Below, one piece after another: positions 30,696 through 40,053 of a stretch of 64,000 bases of DNA. The first letter of the stretch is position 1, and every line of letters begins with the position of its first letter. The notes beneath the pieces were generated by a model, which was not told the DNA's origin, searched no databases, and saw only the letters and a program-made list of their open reading frames with translations. This DNA is from Rhodanobacteraceae bacterium (GTDB lineage Bacteria; Pseudomonadota; Gammaproteobacteria; Xanthomonadales; SZUA-5): positions 10,260 to 74,259 of the forward strand of contig JANNYA010000215.1 of assembly GCA_031409855.1 (NCBI GenBank), written 5' to 3'. A program made the translations under genes and the position numbers.

Positions 30696-32783
30696 CTACT
30701 TACGCCCAAGAATCGCCTTGTTCTGCTCAGGCAGCGCGTTAAACAGCACTTTGCAGGCGCTTGGAACGACTACGGCGCAGCGTAATGTGGACTTACTGAC
30801 CTTGCCCTGCGGATCACGAATCATGTATTCCAAGACGTGCCGGCGTTGTACGCAAAGCATGTACCCGGAGGCGGTAACAGCGGTTTGTAAGGCAATCCAG
30901 TCGTCGCCCGCAAACGCCTTAAAAATCTTTGGCGTGACCAGCAATAGGCCATCCTCGTGAACGTGCAGCATCGCCGTTGGGCAGTTCAATTCGCTGCCAT
31001 CTTGGTCAAGCAGTGATTTCACATACGCAAAAAAAGCTTCTGAAAGCGCGATACCGCTGGCACCGGTGGGTGCGGTCATCACCGCTGATGCAGCTGCTGG
31101 CTTGCTTTTCGGGCGTTCGGGTGTTTCCGGCTTTGCCTCTGGTGCAGCGTTAAGCGAACTGGTTTTTACTGCTGGTGCAGACTTAACCTTTGCTGCGGGT
31201 GCAGTTGCACTCACTTTGGCTGAGCCAGCTTTAGGCTTTTTCATCGGCCCACACAGCTGTTGCATCAGTAACGCTTCCTGCGCAGCGGCTTGCGCGCTCA
31301 ATTCTGGTGCAGCGGTAAACGTTGAGTTTTCTTCTGGCCCAGCCGATTCCTCCATTCCTTCTGGTGCAGTGCCATGCCAGCGCCCAGCTTCGTCCTGGTA
31401 ATCCCCTGGATCAGCATCAAACGTGCTGAATTCTTCTGGCCCAGTGGTGCCCGCAAAGTTAGCAGCTGGCCCAGCGGCGCGCTGGCTTACGCCTGCACCA
31501 GAATTTACGCCTGCACCAGAACTAGGCTTCTGTTTTACCGCTGCCCCAGCTTTAATCACTTTGACTGAGCCAGCAAATGCCGGTGGCACCTTGCCCGGCC
31601 CCCAGATCCGAAATGCCTCAAAACGCAGCACGCTGAACTCACTCGACCAGCTGCCCGCATGCACCATCGTGTTCCAGATGGCTTTGCCGGAGGGCGTAGT
31701 CACGCACATGCCGTGTTCCTGCAGCACGTCATACACGCGCGCCGGCTCGCTGGGCACAGTGGCGTCACCGGCGCGTAGGTCTTTCACGATCGCCTCGGCT
31801 GCCGCGCGGCACAGCACCCAGACATCGCTCGCCGCGTCCGGAGCGTGCTTTTTGCGGGTCACGAACACCTGTGCGCCGGGCTTGTTGAGCGTGAGTTTGC
31901 CACTGGACACCAAGCCACGCAGGCTGCGCATGTACTTGTCGACCAGCGCAATACTGGCGGCACCGGTGGTTTGTTTTACCGTCGATTTAGGCTGACCCAG
32001 AAATTTCGCGACCGATTTACCAACCCCCTGCACCAGGATTTCACCGAGTACGCCTGAGCCAGGGCCATGCACGTCACCGACAGCACAGAGCAATTGCTGG
32101 AGCAGTTCTTGATCGGCGGAGATCCAGCGCCGGCCCGGCTCGGGAATAATTTCAGTAAACAACGCTTGGCCAACCTGCGTGTGCAGCTTGTACGGCGCTT
32201 TCTCGAATGACAACTGATATTCGCGAATGCCATGCCGACGCATCGAGCCGTTCAACGGGCTCCACCGCACCACGGCATCGGGTGTTTTCGCCAGCAAACT
32301 GACACCCGCGCCGACTTTGCCGGGATCGTGCAGCAAGATCGAGCAAAACACACCATACGTCCAGCGCGTCGCGGCTTCGTTGACGCGCTCGGCACCGGCA
32401 CCGGCGGGCAGCGAGAACTTGCGCCGAATTTTCAGCGCAATCACCGCCGCATCGAGCGTATGCACCAGCAGGCCGCCGCAAAAGGCGTGATGATGCACTT
32501 CCGAAGCCGGCGCTAATTGCACCGCTTCGGCAAAATGGCGGATCGCATCAAGGCAGCAGACTTGCCAGTCACCCTCCGGCAAACCCATCAACTCGCGCAG
32601 TTCTGCGATTCGAGAGTCCAACTGCAGCAGCGCAAGCAATTCATCGCCAGAGAGCACAGGTTTGGTTTGCCGCTGAGCCAGATCACGATACGCGTACACC
32701 TGAGCCAGAGGGGGCACAACCGGCGGGCTTACGGCTGGAACAGGGGTTTGCCCTTTGAACAGGCCAACCAGGCGCTTCAACAT
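30696..32783 (-). CDS. mobH: MOBH family relaxase (TraI_2 HD domain plus C-terminal DUF1528-like domain)
   Basis: PASEVHHHAFCGGLLVHTL, LLHDPGK, low-complexity linker, C-terminal LHVHEDGLLLVTPKIF...PEQN. Confidence 0.93.
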   Translation of the reverse strand: MLKRLVGLFKGQTPVPAVSPPVVPPLAQVYAYRDLAQRQTKPVLSGDELLALLQLDSRIAELRELMGLPEGDWQVCCLDAIRHFAEAVQLAPASEVHHHAFCGGLLVHTLDAAVIALKIRRKFSLPAGAGAERVNEAATRWTYGVFCSILLHDPGKVGAGVSLLAKTPDAVVRWSPLNGSMRRHGIREYQLSFEKAPYKLHTQVGQALFTEIIPEPGRRWISADQELLQQLLCAVGDVHGPGSGVLGEILVQGVGKSVAKFLGQPKSTVKQTTGAASIALVDKYMRSLRGLVSSGKLTLNKPGAQVFVTRKKHAPDAASDVWVLCRAAAEAIVKDLRAGDATVPSEPARVYDVLQEHGMCVTTPSGKAIWNTMVHAGSWSSEFSVLRFEAFRIWGPGKVPPAFAGSVKVIKAGAAVKQKPSSGAGVNSGAGVSQRAAGPAANFAGTTGPEEFSTFDADPGDYQDEAGRWHGTAPEGMEESAGPEENSTFTAAPELSAQAAAQEALLMQQLCGPMKKPKAGSAKVSATAPAAKVKSAPAVKTSSLNAAPEAKPETPERPKSKPAAASAVMTAPTGASGIALSEAFFAYVKSLLDQDGSELNCPTAMLHVHEDGLLLVTPKIFKAFAGDDWIALQTAVTASGYMLCVQRRHVLEYMIRDPQGKVSKSTLRCAVVVPSACKVLFNALPEQNKAILGRK

Positions 32784-32832
32784 GACCGGCTCCGGGCGTG
32801 GGGCGAAGCGCCTTTTGCCGTTGACCTTGCCG

Positions 32833-32909
32833 TTTTAACCATTGGGTTAAAAGATTTAACCCTAAGCCTTTTCCCTTCGCCTCCTGACAATTTGTCAGGG
32901 CAGGAGGCG
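32833..32909. other. Nested inverted repeats upstream of the relaxase; candidate oriT
   Basis: TTTTAACC-ATTG-GGTTAAAA overlapping GGGTTAAA-AGA-TTTAACCC; CCTGACAA-T-TTGTCAGG overlapping CGCCTCCTG...CAGGAGGCG. Confidence 0.5.
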
Positions 32910-33021
32910 GCCCTTTCAGGTAAGCCCAAGCCAAAGAACCGTTTTTTTAGTGTTGTCGTCGTCGCCATTTTTGCGTGCTACCTAAAGCTATAGCGCGTGC
33001 GTACCATGCCCCGGCGAAAAT

Positions 33022-33155
33022 AACCTCGACAGCCATGTGCTGGTTGTTTTGATTTAGCTGGGCTATGCGAGTGAGCGTGCGCCCGAGCGTGGCCGTGCGC
33101 GCCTGCACGCGTGACACACTTTCAAAAAATCAACCAGCACAGGCGTGTGCAGGTT
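33022..33155. repeat. Long imperfect inverted repeat between divergent mobH and pilL
   Basis: Arms 33022-33052 and 33122-33155; perfect core TGTGCTGGTTG/CAACCAGCACA. Confidence 0.7.
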
Positions 33156-33217
33156 TATTACAATTGGTTCGGCTATCTTAATTTGCGACCGGGTTCCCGG
33201 AATCGAATTGGAGTGCT

Positions 33218-33718
33218 ATGCGCCGTACCTGGATTGTAATACCGCTAGTCTTCGCGACTTTGTCCGCGCAAGCGGGTGAATTAGTGGTGGGGCGCTACAG
33301 CCGCATCGTCAGCGACGCGCCCGAAGCGCCGTTAAGCGCGCCGGTGTTGAATGCCTTTGTTTCGGCGCGCACGGTCGGTGATGCGGTTCGGATCGTGTTG
33401 AGCCCAACCGGTTATGCGCTTGCCAATGGCCGCTACACTGACCCCACGCAGCCCACGCTGTTGGCTTTGCAACTGCCCTATGTGCAACGCGACCTACGCG
33501 CCGCCACCGCGATTGAGGCTTTGGTGCGCTTGGCTGGCCCTGGCTATCGGCTCATGGTCGATCACGTGCATCGCCAAGTCGGTTTTGAGGTGCGTCCGCG
33601 CTTTGCCAACTATGTGCACACGCAGACCGTGCCTAGTAAACCTCAGCACACCGCGAAAGCAAATGTCTGGAATTGCCGCACCTTAGCGGGCAAATTTCAA
33701 TGCGTGGCGGCGTCATGA
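33218..33718 (+). CDS. pilL: PilL-like ICE protein (TIGR03748-like)
   Basis: VGRYS, TVGDAVRIVL..TGY.L, LQLP.VQRDL, LAGPGYRL.VD.VHRQV.F. Confidence 0.85.
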   Translation: MRRTWIVIPLVFATLSAQAGELVVGRYSRIVSDAPEAPLSAPVLNAFVSARTVGDAVRIVLSPTGYALANGRYTDPTQPTLLALQLPYVQRDLRAATAIEALVRLAGPGYRLMVDHVHRQVGFEVRPRFANYVHTQTVPSKPQHTAKANVWNCRTLAGKFQCVAAS

Positions 33719-33900
33719 AGCGCTTTCTTTTGCTGATGGTGCTGTTGAGCGCATTCTCTGGCTGCGCCTGGATGCAAGGACGCGCCAACCCAAAACCCGC
33801 GCCTATCCCGGCGCCCGATCCTTCCGTGGTCGAACGGGATCTTTCCAAGCCGTATGTGCCAGAACCCGTTGAAATCACCCGTGACGGCGGTGCGCCATGA
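33715..33900 (+). CDS. Small Pro-rich lipoprotein
   Basis: Lipobox FSGC; ATGA-coupled on both sides. Confidence 0.7.
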   Translation: MKRFLLLMVLLSAFSGCAWMQGRANPKPAPIPAPDPSVVERDLSKPYVPEPVEITRDGGAP

Positions 33901-34649
33901 TCGCGACACTGGTGTTTTCCGCCTTGCTCGCACAAGCGCCGGTACAAACGGTGCAAACGGCGACTACCCAAATCACTAGCAGCGAACGCAGTACGATTAC
34001 CGAATTGGGATTGAGCGAAGTCGAATGGCAACGCTACAAAACTGAAATGCAGGGGCCACGTGCAAAATGGAGTGTCGATAACGATCCGCTCTTAGTGCTC
34101 GGCATCACCGCCCAAACTGCACAAGAGCAAGCGCACTTCGCCGAGCTGTATGTCGAAGCCGATCGCAAGCGCAATGCCGCGATCATGAACTTTGGCCGTG
34201 CCGTCCAAAAAGTGTGGCTCACCAAATACCCGCACGAAGCGCTGTTTGCGAGCAATACCCCGACCAGTCAAGTGCAAGTCGCCGCCGGTGCCACCTTGGT
34301 TGGCCCGAACGATCGCGTGATGATGATCGTCGATCCAAAAGTGACGTGCGTGGCGTGTGCGCAGGCCATTGGCAAACTATTGCAACTCAGCCGGCGCAAC
34401 CGCACCACCGGCCTCGACCTGTATTTTGTCGGCGCTGAGTATCCAGAAATCAGCCGCTTTGCGAGTGAGCGCTTCATTTTGCAAGATGACGTGAGTTCCA
34501 AGCGCGTCACCCTCAACAAAGCCTCAGCAGAGCTTCTACAACAGCTGGGCCTCAAGCCTGGTCAAGTGCCGGCGGTGTTTAAGCGCACCGCTTCGGGCAT
34601 TAGCCAGATGAGTTTGGCGGACTTGGCGGCGATGCAGGTCGGGCTATGA
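33897..34649 (+). CDS. ICE protein, TIGR03759-like
   Basis: GLSEVEWQRYKTEMQGPR, DPLLVLGITA, CVAC, LDLYFVG. Confidence 0.85.
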   Translation: MIATLVFSALLAQAPVQTVQTATTQITSSERSTITELGLSEVEWQRYKTEMQGPRAKWSVDNDPLLVLGITAQTAQEQAHFAELYVEADRKRNAAIMNFGRAVQKVWLTKYPHEALFASNTPTSQVQVAAGATLVGPNDRVMMIVDPKVTCVACAQAIGKLLQLSRRNRTTGLDLYFVGAEYPEISRFASERFILQDDVSSKRVTLNKASAELLQQLGLKPGQVPAVFKRTASGISQMSLADLAAMQVGL

Positions 34650-35152
34650 GTTTTTTGCTGGCGACCGCGCTGGTGACCACGTTTGCCGCAGCCACACCGG
34701 TACCGCGTGCATACCGCGTGGTCGCAACCGAATACGCGGTACCCGCCAACCTGCTGTACGCCATCGCGCTACAAGAATCGCGTGCGGCGCTCGGCAAAAA
34801 TGTCCGTCAGCCGTGGCCGTGGACGTTGAATGTTGCGGGCGTTGGCTATCGCTATGGTTCGCGCAAAGCCGCGTATTTGGCCTTGAATACCCTGGTCAAA
34901 AGTGGCGAACACCGTATCGACGTGGGTTTGATGCAGGTGCATTGGCGCTTTCACAGTGCCGCGCTGGGTTCAACCTGGTCGGGTTTGCAGCCTTGGCACA
35001 ATCTGCGAGTCGGTGCTTCAATTTTGAAAGACTGTTTTCGACGTACCGGCAATTGGACCACTGCCTCGGGCTGTTATCACTCGATGACACCGACGCGTTC
35101 GGCGAACTACGCCGCCAGCGTGTCGCAACTACTGACCGGCGTGGCGCTATGA
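34646..35152 (+). CDS. Lytic transglycosylase (SLT)
   Basis: LYAIALQES, PWPWTLNVAG, IDVGLMQV, A.GCYHS. Confidence 0.92.
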   Translation: MSFLLATALVTTFAAATPVPRAYRVVATEYAVPANLLYAIALQESRAALGKNVRQPWPWTLNVAGVGYRYGSRKAAYLALNTLVKSGEHRIDVGLMQVHWRFHSAALGSTWSGLQPWHNLRVGASILKDCFRRTGNWTTASGCYHSMTPTRSANYAASVSQLLTGVAL

Positions 35153-35598
35153 GTGCTGTGCTGCTCTCGATGCTGGCGCTGTTGGCCAGTGCAACCAGCG
35201 CACCCGTGCATCTAGGCCCTAGCCAAGCGCGTGTAGGCCGCGCGCTCCAACGCACAGTACCGGTGCCCGTACCGTCGATGTATCCGATTCGCACGGTGGG
35301 TTTGACGCCGGGTGCCAAAAACCCGCCGCAACTCGACCTGCAAATGCCCATTGGCCGCCCGGTGTGTTTGCTCGGCAGTGACGCCTATTCTTTCGCCTGG
35401 TTGCGCACCAATGCAGCGATCTTGGCTGCGGGTGGCGCGCTTTGCTATGTCGTGAACGTGGATAGCGCCGCGACGTTGGCACGATTACGCGCGATGGCGC
35501 CGGGCGTGTTGCTAGCGCCGATTTTTGGCGACGTGTTTGTGCAAGCCGGGCTGAAGGGCTATCCCGCCATCATCACGCAATCTGGTGCCGTCAAGTGA
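35149..35598 (+). CDS. ICE protein, TIGR03765-like
   Basis: PIRTVGLTPG, LLGSD..S..WL, VVNVDS, GL.GYPAII. Confidence 0.82.
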   Translation: MSAVLLSMLALLASATSAPVHLGPSQARVGRALQRTVPVPVPSMYPIRTVGLTPGAKNPPQLDLQMPIGRPVCLLGSDAYSFAWLRTNAAILAAGGALCYVVNVDSAATLARLRAMAPGVLLAPIFGDVFVQAGLKGYPAIITQSGAVK

Positions 35599-37700
35599 GC
35601 GTCTCGCGCTATCCGGTGGAGTGCTTGATCCGGCCCCTGGTCGAGATGCCGACGGCGTTGGTATCCCTGGCGGCCAGCATCGCAATTGGCCTGATGCCCG
35701 AAGTATTTTGGCTGCCCACCAGTTTGACGCAAGCGAATGATTACTGGCGCGTGTTCCCGCCTGGCCATTGGCTGATCACCGGCGCGCTGTTTGCGAACGG
35801 CATCAAGCGATTACATCAAGGTTATCGCGTCGCGCAATATCAGTCGCGCTTGCGTCGCCTGCCGCGCTATGAAGTCGTTGGCGATGACATCCCGGCACGC
35901 GATAACGCGTTATTTTTGGGACGCGCCTTTGCGTGGGACGAGCGCCACACGCGCCGCGTCGTCGAAGCGAGCCGAGACGCCGCGAAAGACTTTCTAGCAC
36001 CGCATTGGAGCGATCGCTTCTTTGCCCGTGGCCAAGTCGCCAGTTCGGGCGATGAAGGCGGTAAATCCTATTTGCACGGCGTGGGACTATGGGAAAAAGA
36101 CGCCGAACAAGAGCTGTGGATCTCGGAAGCGGATCGCATGGGCCATATCTTGGTCGAAGGCACCACCGGCGTCGGTAAATCACGTTTGCTCGAACTGCTG
36201 ATGGTGCAAGACATCAAAAGTGGCGGCCCAGTCATCGTGTTTGATCCCAAAGGCGATCTTGCGGTGTTGCTGCAGGCCTATGCCGCCGCGTGTGCGGCTA
36301 AGCGCAAGGATGATTTTATTTGCTTTCACCTGGCGTTTCCGGAAATGTCGGCGCGCTACAACCTGTTTGGCAGCTTTGCCCGCATCACCGAAATTGCGAA
36401 CCGCGTGCGTTCGGCCTTGCCGGACACGGGCAACTCGGCCGCGTTCGCTGAGTTTGCTTGGAGTTACGTCAACACCATTGCGGTTGGCCTGCACGCGCTG
36501 GGCCGACGCACGACCGTCGATAGTTTGTTATCGAACGCGAATAATCTGGAAGGATTGGTCGCCGATTACATTGAACAGCTGCTGGACAAAAAGGCCGAGG
36601 GTTGGAAGCTGGGCTTTGATGAACTGTGCGCGGAGATTGCCAAACAACAAAGCAAGGGTTCCCTGCCACGCAGCGAGTTGGACAAGGCACCCCGTGCTTT
36701 GGCCATGGTGCGCCTGGTACAAAAATACAAAATCGTCGACAGCATAGCCGAGCGCCTACTCAAGACGTTTAGTTATGACCGCAGCTATCACGACAAGCTG
36801 GTGTCGAGCCTGTATCCCTTGTTGCAAAAAATGAATACCGGCGCGGTGGCGGAGATTCTGTCGCCGAACTACGACGACGTGAACGACACGCGCCCGATTC
36901 TGGATTTCGAGCAAGCCTTACGCGCCAACAAAATTATCTACATTGGCTTAGATGCGCTGACCGATGGCACCGTGGCCAAAGCCGTTGCTGGCTCGATGCT
37001 GTCGGATTTAACCAGCTTGGCCGGGCGGATCTATAACTACACCCGTGCGCAAGGGTTGTCAGATGGCATCGCGCGCAACCACAAACGCGTCAAGCTGCAC
37101 GTCGACGAATTGGGTGAAATGGCCACCGATGCACTGGTACCGCTCGCGAACAAGTCACGCGGTGCCGGTTTTGATTTTACCGGCTACACGCAAAGTGCCG
37201 CCGATTTAGTGGTGGGCATGGGCAGCGAGGCGAAAGGCCAGCAGCTGATTGATAACTTCAACACGCTAATTATGATGCGGGTGAAATCCGAAGCCACCTG
37301 CAAGCTACTGACCGACGGCCTCTCTGAGGTTGTGGTGCCGACGATTACTTGGGGTTCCGGTTCCACCGATAGCGGTACCGGCAGCCTGGACTTCACCAGC
37401 AATCAAACGCAAAAAATCACCGAAACCCGCGTCAAGCTGGTCACCCCAGCGCAAATTATTTCGCTACCGCGCGGTCAAGCCTTTATCTCGACCCAGGGCG
37501 GGCGGCTTTACAAAGCGGCATTCCCCATGCCCTTGGAATCCCGGCAAAGCGGCATCCCGCGCACCGTGCAAGAGCTAGGCAAAGCCCTGCTGTCGCGCTA
37601 CGCCGCACCGCAAGCGCCCTGGCAAGACGAACTCGCGCCGTGGCGCGATGCGCCGGCGCATGACACCAATGAAGTACCTCTATTGAAGGAAGCTGCATGA
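35595..37700 (+). CDS. traD: Type IV coupling protein TraD (PFGI-1 class)
   Basis: ECLIRPLVE, GTTGVGKS, VFDPKGD, YIGLDAL, LHVDE, NKSRGAG, LPRGQAF. Confidence 0.95.
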   Translation: MSVSRYPVECLIRPLVEMPTALVSLAASIAIGLMPEVFWLPTSLTQANDYWRVFPPGHWLITGALFANGIKRLHQGYRVAQYQSRLRRLPRYEVVGDDIPARDNALFLGRAFAWDERHTRRVVEASRDAAKDFLAPHWSDRFFARGQVASSGDEGGKSYLHGVGLWEKDAEQELWISEADRMGHILVEGTTGVGKSRLLELLMVQDIKSGGPVIVFDPKGDLAVLLQAYAAACAAKRKDDFICFHLAFPEMSARYNLFGSFARITEIANRVRSALPDTGNSAAFAEFAWSYVNTIAVGLHALGRRTTVDSLLSNANNLEGLVADYIEQLLDKKAEGWKLGFDELCAEIAKQQSKGSLPRSELDKAPRALAMVRLVQKYKIVDSIAERLLKTFSYDRSYHDKLVSSLYPLLQKMNTGAVAEILSPNYDDVNDTRPILDFEQALRANKIIYIGLDALTDGTVAKAVAGSMLSDLTSLAGRIYNYTRAQGLSDGIARNHKRVKLHVDELGEMATDALVPLANKSRGAGFDFTGYTQSAADLVVGMGSEAKGQQLIDNFNTLIMMRVKSEATCKLLTDGLSEVVVPTITWGSGSTDSGTGSLDFTSNQTQKITETRVKLVTPAQIISLPRGQAFISTQGGRLYKAAFPMPLESRQSGIPRTVQELGKALLSRYAAPQAPWQDELAPWRDAPAHDTNEVPLLKEAA

Positions 37701-37921
37701 TCGGTCGCTTACTCACCGCCCTTGAGCTTGAAATTGTGTTCCTGCATGCCGACCGTCTGCGCAGCCTTGGCTTTGCGGCGAACAACGACGCGTGCTTGAT
37801 GGATGAGGTCTACAGCGTGTTTGGCCCCGACTGGCAGGCGCTGGTGCTGGCGGATATGCAGTTTATGCTTGATGCCGAGTGCGACGCCCTGGCGCTGCAG
37901 GCGAAGGACGTGACGCCGTGA
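37697..37921 (+). CDS. Small acidic hypothetical protein
   Basis: 74 aa; overlaps the traD stop (ATGA) and the next start (GTGA). Confidence 0.65.
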   Translation: MIGRLLTALELEIVFLHADRLRSLGFAANNDACLMDEVYSVFGPDWQALVLADMQFMLDAECDALALQAKDVTP

Positions 37922-38568
37922 GTCAATCCGCGCAAAACGCCCGCCCGGCGAGTGCGCCGCCTGCAGGTTGGCTGCACGCGCTGATCGGCGTGCCGGCGAT
38001 CTTTGGCCTGATGGCGATCTTTGCCTTCGCCGTAGGCGTCATTGCCGTGGTGCTCGCACGCGGCAGCGGCCATCCTTGGCAAGCCGCACTGATCGAGGTC
38101 AATGTACACGAAGCGGCGTTTATGGCGACCTTGCAGCCCGCCCATCCGGTGCGGTTCTTGGCGGCATTGCCCGCGCAAGCGGCTGCATGGGTGGCACCTT
38201 ACTTCCCTAATTTAGCCTTGCCAGCGATGGTGCAGCCGTATGTTGGCGATGGTGTAGTGATGACCGCGATTGTGGCGCGCCGCACGATGGCCTCGCTTGG
38301 CCTGCTGGCCCCGCTGCTTGTGGTGTTGATGGCCGCCGCCCAAGACGGATTAGCGCAACGCGAGCTACGCAAATACGGCGCCGATCCCGAGAGCGCCTTT
38401 TTGTTTCACCAGGCTAAAGGTGCTGTCAGCACCACGGTGGGCTTGTGCGTGCTGGTGTATTTGCTGATCCCGACCGCGATTCATCCGCACCTGGTGTTGT
38501 CGGTGATTGCACCGATTACCGGCTTTTCGGTCGCGCTCGCCGTCACTCGCTTTAAGAAATATCTCTGA
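37918..38568 (+). CDS. ICE membrane protein, TIGR03747/DUF4400-like
   Basis: DGLAQRELRKYGADPESAFLFH, C-terminal FKKYL. Confidence 0.88.
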   Translation: MSQSAQNARPASAPPAGWLHALIGVPAIFGLMAIFAFAVGVIAVVLARGSGHPWQAALIEVNVHEAAFMATLQPAHPVRFLAALPAQAAAWVAPYFPNLALPAMVQPYVGDGVVMTAIVARRTMASLGLLAPLLVVLMAAAQDGLAQRELRKYGADPESAFLFHQAKGAVSTTVGLCVLVYLLIPTAIHPHLVLSVIAPITGFSVALAVTRFKKYL

Positions 38569-38579
38569 GGAATCAAAAA

Positions 38580-38927
38580 ATGAAACTACTTGTTGGCGTG
38601 TGTTTGCTTGGTTTTTGTTTCACCGCGTGCGCTACGAAGCGCATGGACATCATCACGCAAGGCATGGAGCCGAGCGTTGCCGCACCCACGCCGGTACGTA
38701 TGAGCGAATCCGAACTGGCGATCTTGGCGCGTCTTGAGCATGAAATGGAGTTGCTGAAAGCAACCGTGCGCGAAGCTCAAGCCTCCGCGCGCCCCGGAAA
38801 ATTGCAATTTGACTATGAGCAGCTGCGTTTGGACATTGACCGCATTCGCCTTGGTATTCGCAGCCACCGCATCGGTGAGCTGACCGAGCCACGCGCGATT
38901 GAAGCGCTGAGCGGCGACTACCGATGA
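38580..38927 (+). CDS. RAQPRD-family ICE protein (lipoprotein-like)
   Basis: FDYEQLRLDIDRIRLGI, EPR...LSGDY. Confidence 0.82.
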   Translation: MKLLVGVCLLGFCFTACATKRMDIITQGMEPSVAAPTPVRMSESELAILARLEHEMELLKATVREAQASARPGKLQFDYEQLRLDIDRIRLGIRSHRIGELTEPRAIEALSGDYR

Positions 38928-39199
38928 GCGCGCCAATCATTGCCGCTGGCCTGACGGAAGTCGTGGCTGCCTTTGAGCAAGGTTCCGGCCTCTCGGTGAG
39001 CGCCATCGGCATCGCCATGTCGGCGATTGGCGGGCTCACCGTCATGGCGCTTTGCGCGTGGGCGATTGGCCAGCAACTGCCGGCCTTTGGCACCGGAAAA
39101 ATAACGCCGGGCGTGTTTTGGCTCCGCGCCTTGGTCAGCACGATCATTTTGGTCGTGTGCGGCAGCATTTTTGCCGTGAGTAGTCCTGTTTCACCCTGA
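38924..39199 (+). CDS. ICE membrane protein, TIGR03758/DUF3262-like
   Basis: AAFEQGSG followed by two TM segments; synteny. Confidence 0.7.
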   Translation: MSAPIIAAGLTEVVAAFEQGSGLSVSAIGIAMSAIGGLTVMALCAWAIGQQLPAFGTGKITPGVFWLRALVSTIILVVCGSIFAVSSPVSP

Positions 39200-39283
39200 A
39201 CACCCCAAGCCTAACCCGATCCACCGCACCGGATTTATCGCCGTTTTGCCCTCGTTTTCCACCCCAAAAATAAAGAGTCTTTT

Positions 39284-39643
39284 ATGAAGCTAGCCAATTA
39301 TTTCCCCTATCTCTGCCTCGCCCTCGTTGCCCTCGGCCTCACCGATCTTGCTTACGCAGTACCGGCGATTCCTTCGATTCCGACGCCGTCCGGCGTCACG
39401 CTGTCGAGCAATCCGCTTGATGACGGGGTGACCATGTTTCAGTGGGGCATCAAGGTCATGTGCGCCCTGGTCGCGGTCGCCGCGCTGGGCACCGCCGCTG
39501 CACTCGGCATGCCGAAGTTCGCTGAAGCCTCACGCGGCAAAGTGACCTATGGCGATGCCAGCTTTAACTTGTTCATGCTGATTTTGGGTGCCGTTGTCGT
39601 CGTGATTTTGTGCGCGTACGTGTATGGCCAGGTCACGCCGTAG
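39284..39643 (+). CDS. TIGR03745/DUF2976-like pilin-like membrane protein, copy 1
   Basis: Signal peptide plus two TM segments flanking FAEASRGKVTYGD; synteny. Confidence 0.8.
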   Translation: MKLANYFPYLCLALVALGLTDLAYAVPAIPSIPTPSGVTLSSNPLDDGVTMFQWGIKVMCALVAVAALGTAAALGMPKFAEASRGKVTYGDASFNLFMLILGAVVVVILCAYVYGQVTP

Positions 39644-39669
39644 TCGTTTCGTTGACGCTGAGAACGCTG

Positions 39670-40053
39670 ATGACACGCACACATTGCCTACTCTTGGGTG
39701 GCTTGGCGCTCTTGGCGCTGGGCTGCACAGAATTTGCCTATGCGGTACCGGCGATTCCGTCGGTGCCCACGCCCTCCGGCGTCACTTTGTCGAGCAATCC
39801 GCTCGACGATGGCGTCACCATGTTTCAGTGGGGCGTCAAAGTCCTCTGTGCATTGATTGCGGTAGCCGCCTTAGGCACCGCCGCTGCACTGGGCATGCCA
39901 AAATTTGCTGAAGCCTCGCGCGGCAAAGTCACTTACGGCGATGCCAGCTTTAATTTGTTCATGCTGATTTTGGGTGCAGTAGTGGTCGTGATTTTATGCG
40001 CTTACGTCTATGGTCAAACCGGTGGCGGCGCACTGATCGGGAGCGGGCCATGA
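39670..40053 (+). CDS. TIGR03745/DUF2976-like pilin-like membrane protein, copy 2
   Basis: 88 of 92 mature residues identical to copy 1. Confidence 0.8.
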   Translation: MTRTHCLLLGGLALLALGCTEFAYAVPAIPSVPTPSGVTLSSNPLDDGVTMFQWGVKVLCALIAVAALGTAAALGMPKFAEASRGKVTYGDASFNLFMLILGAVVVVILCAYVYGQTGGGALIGSGP

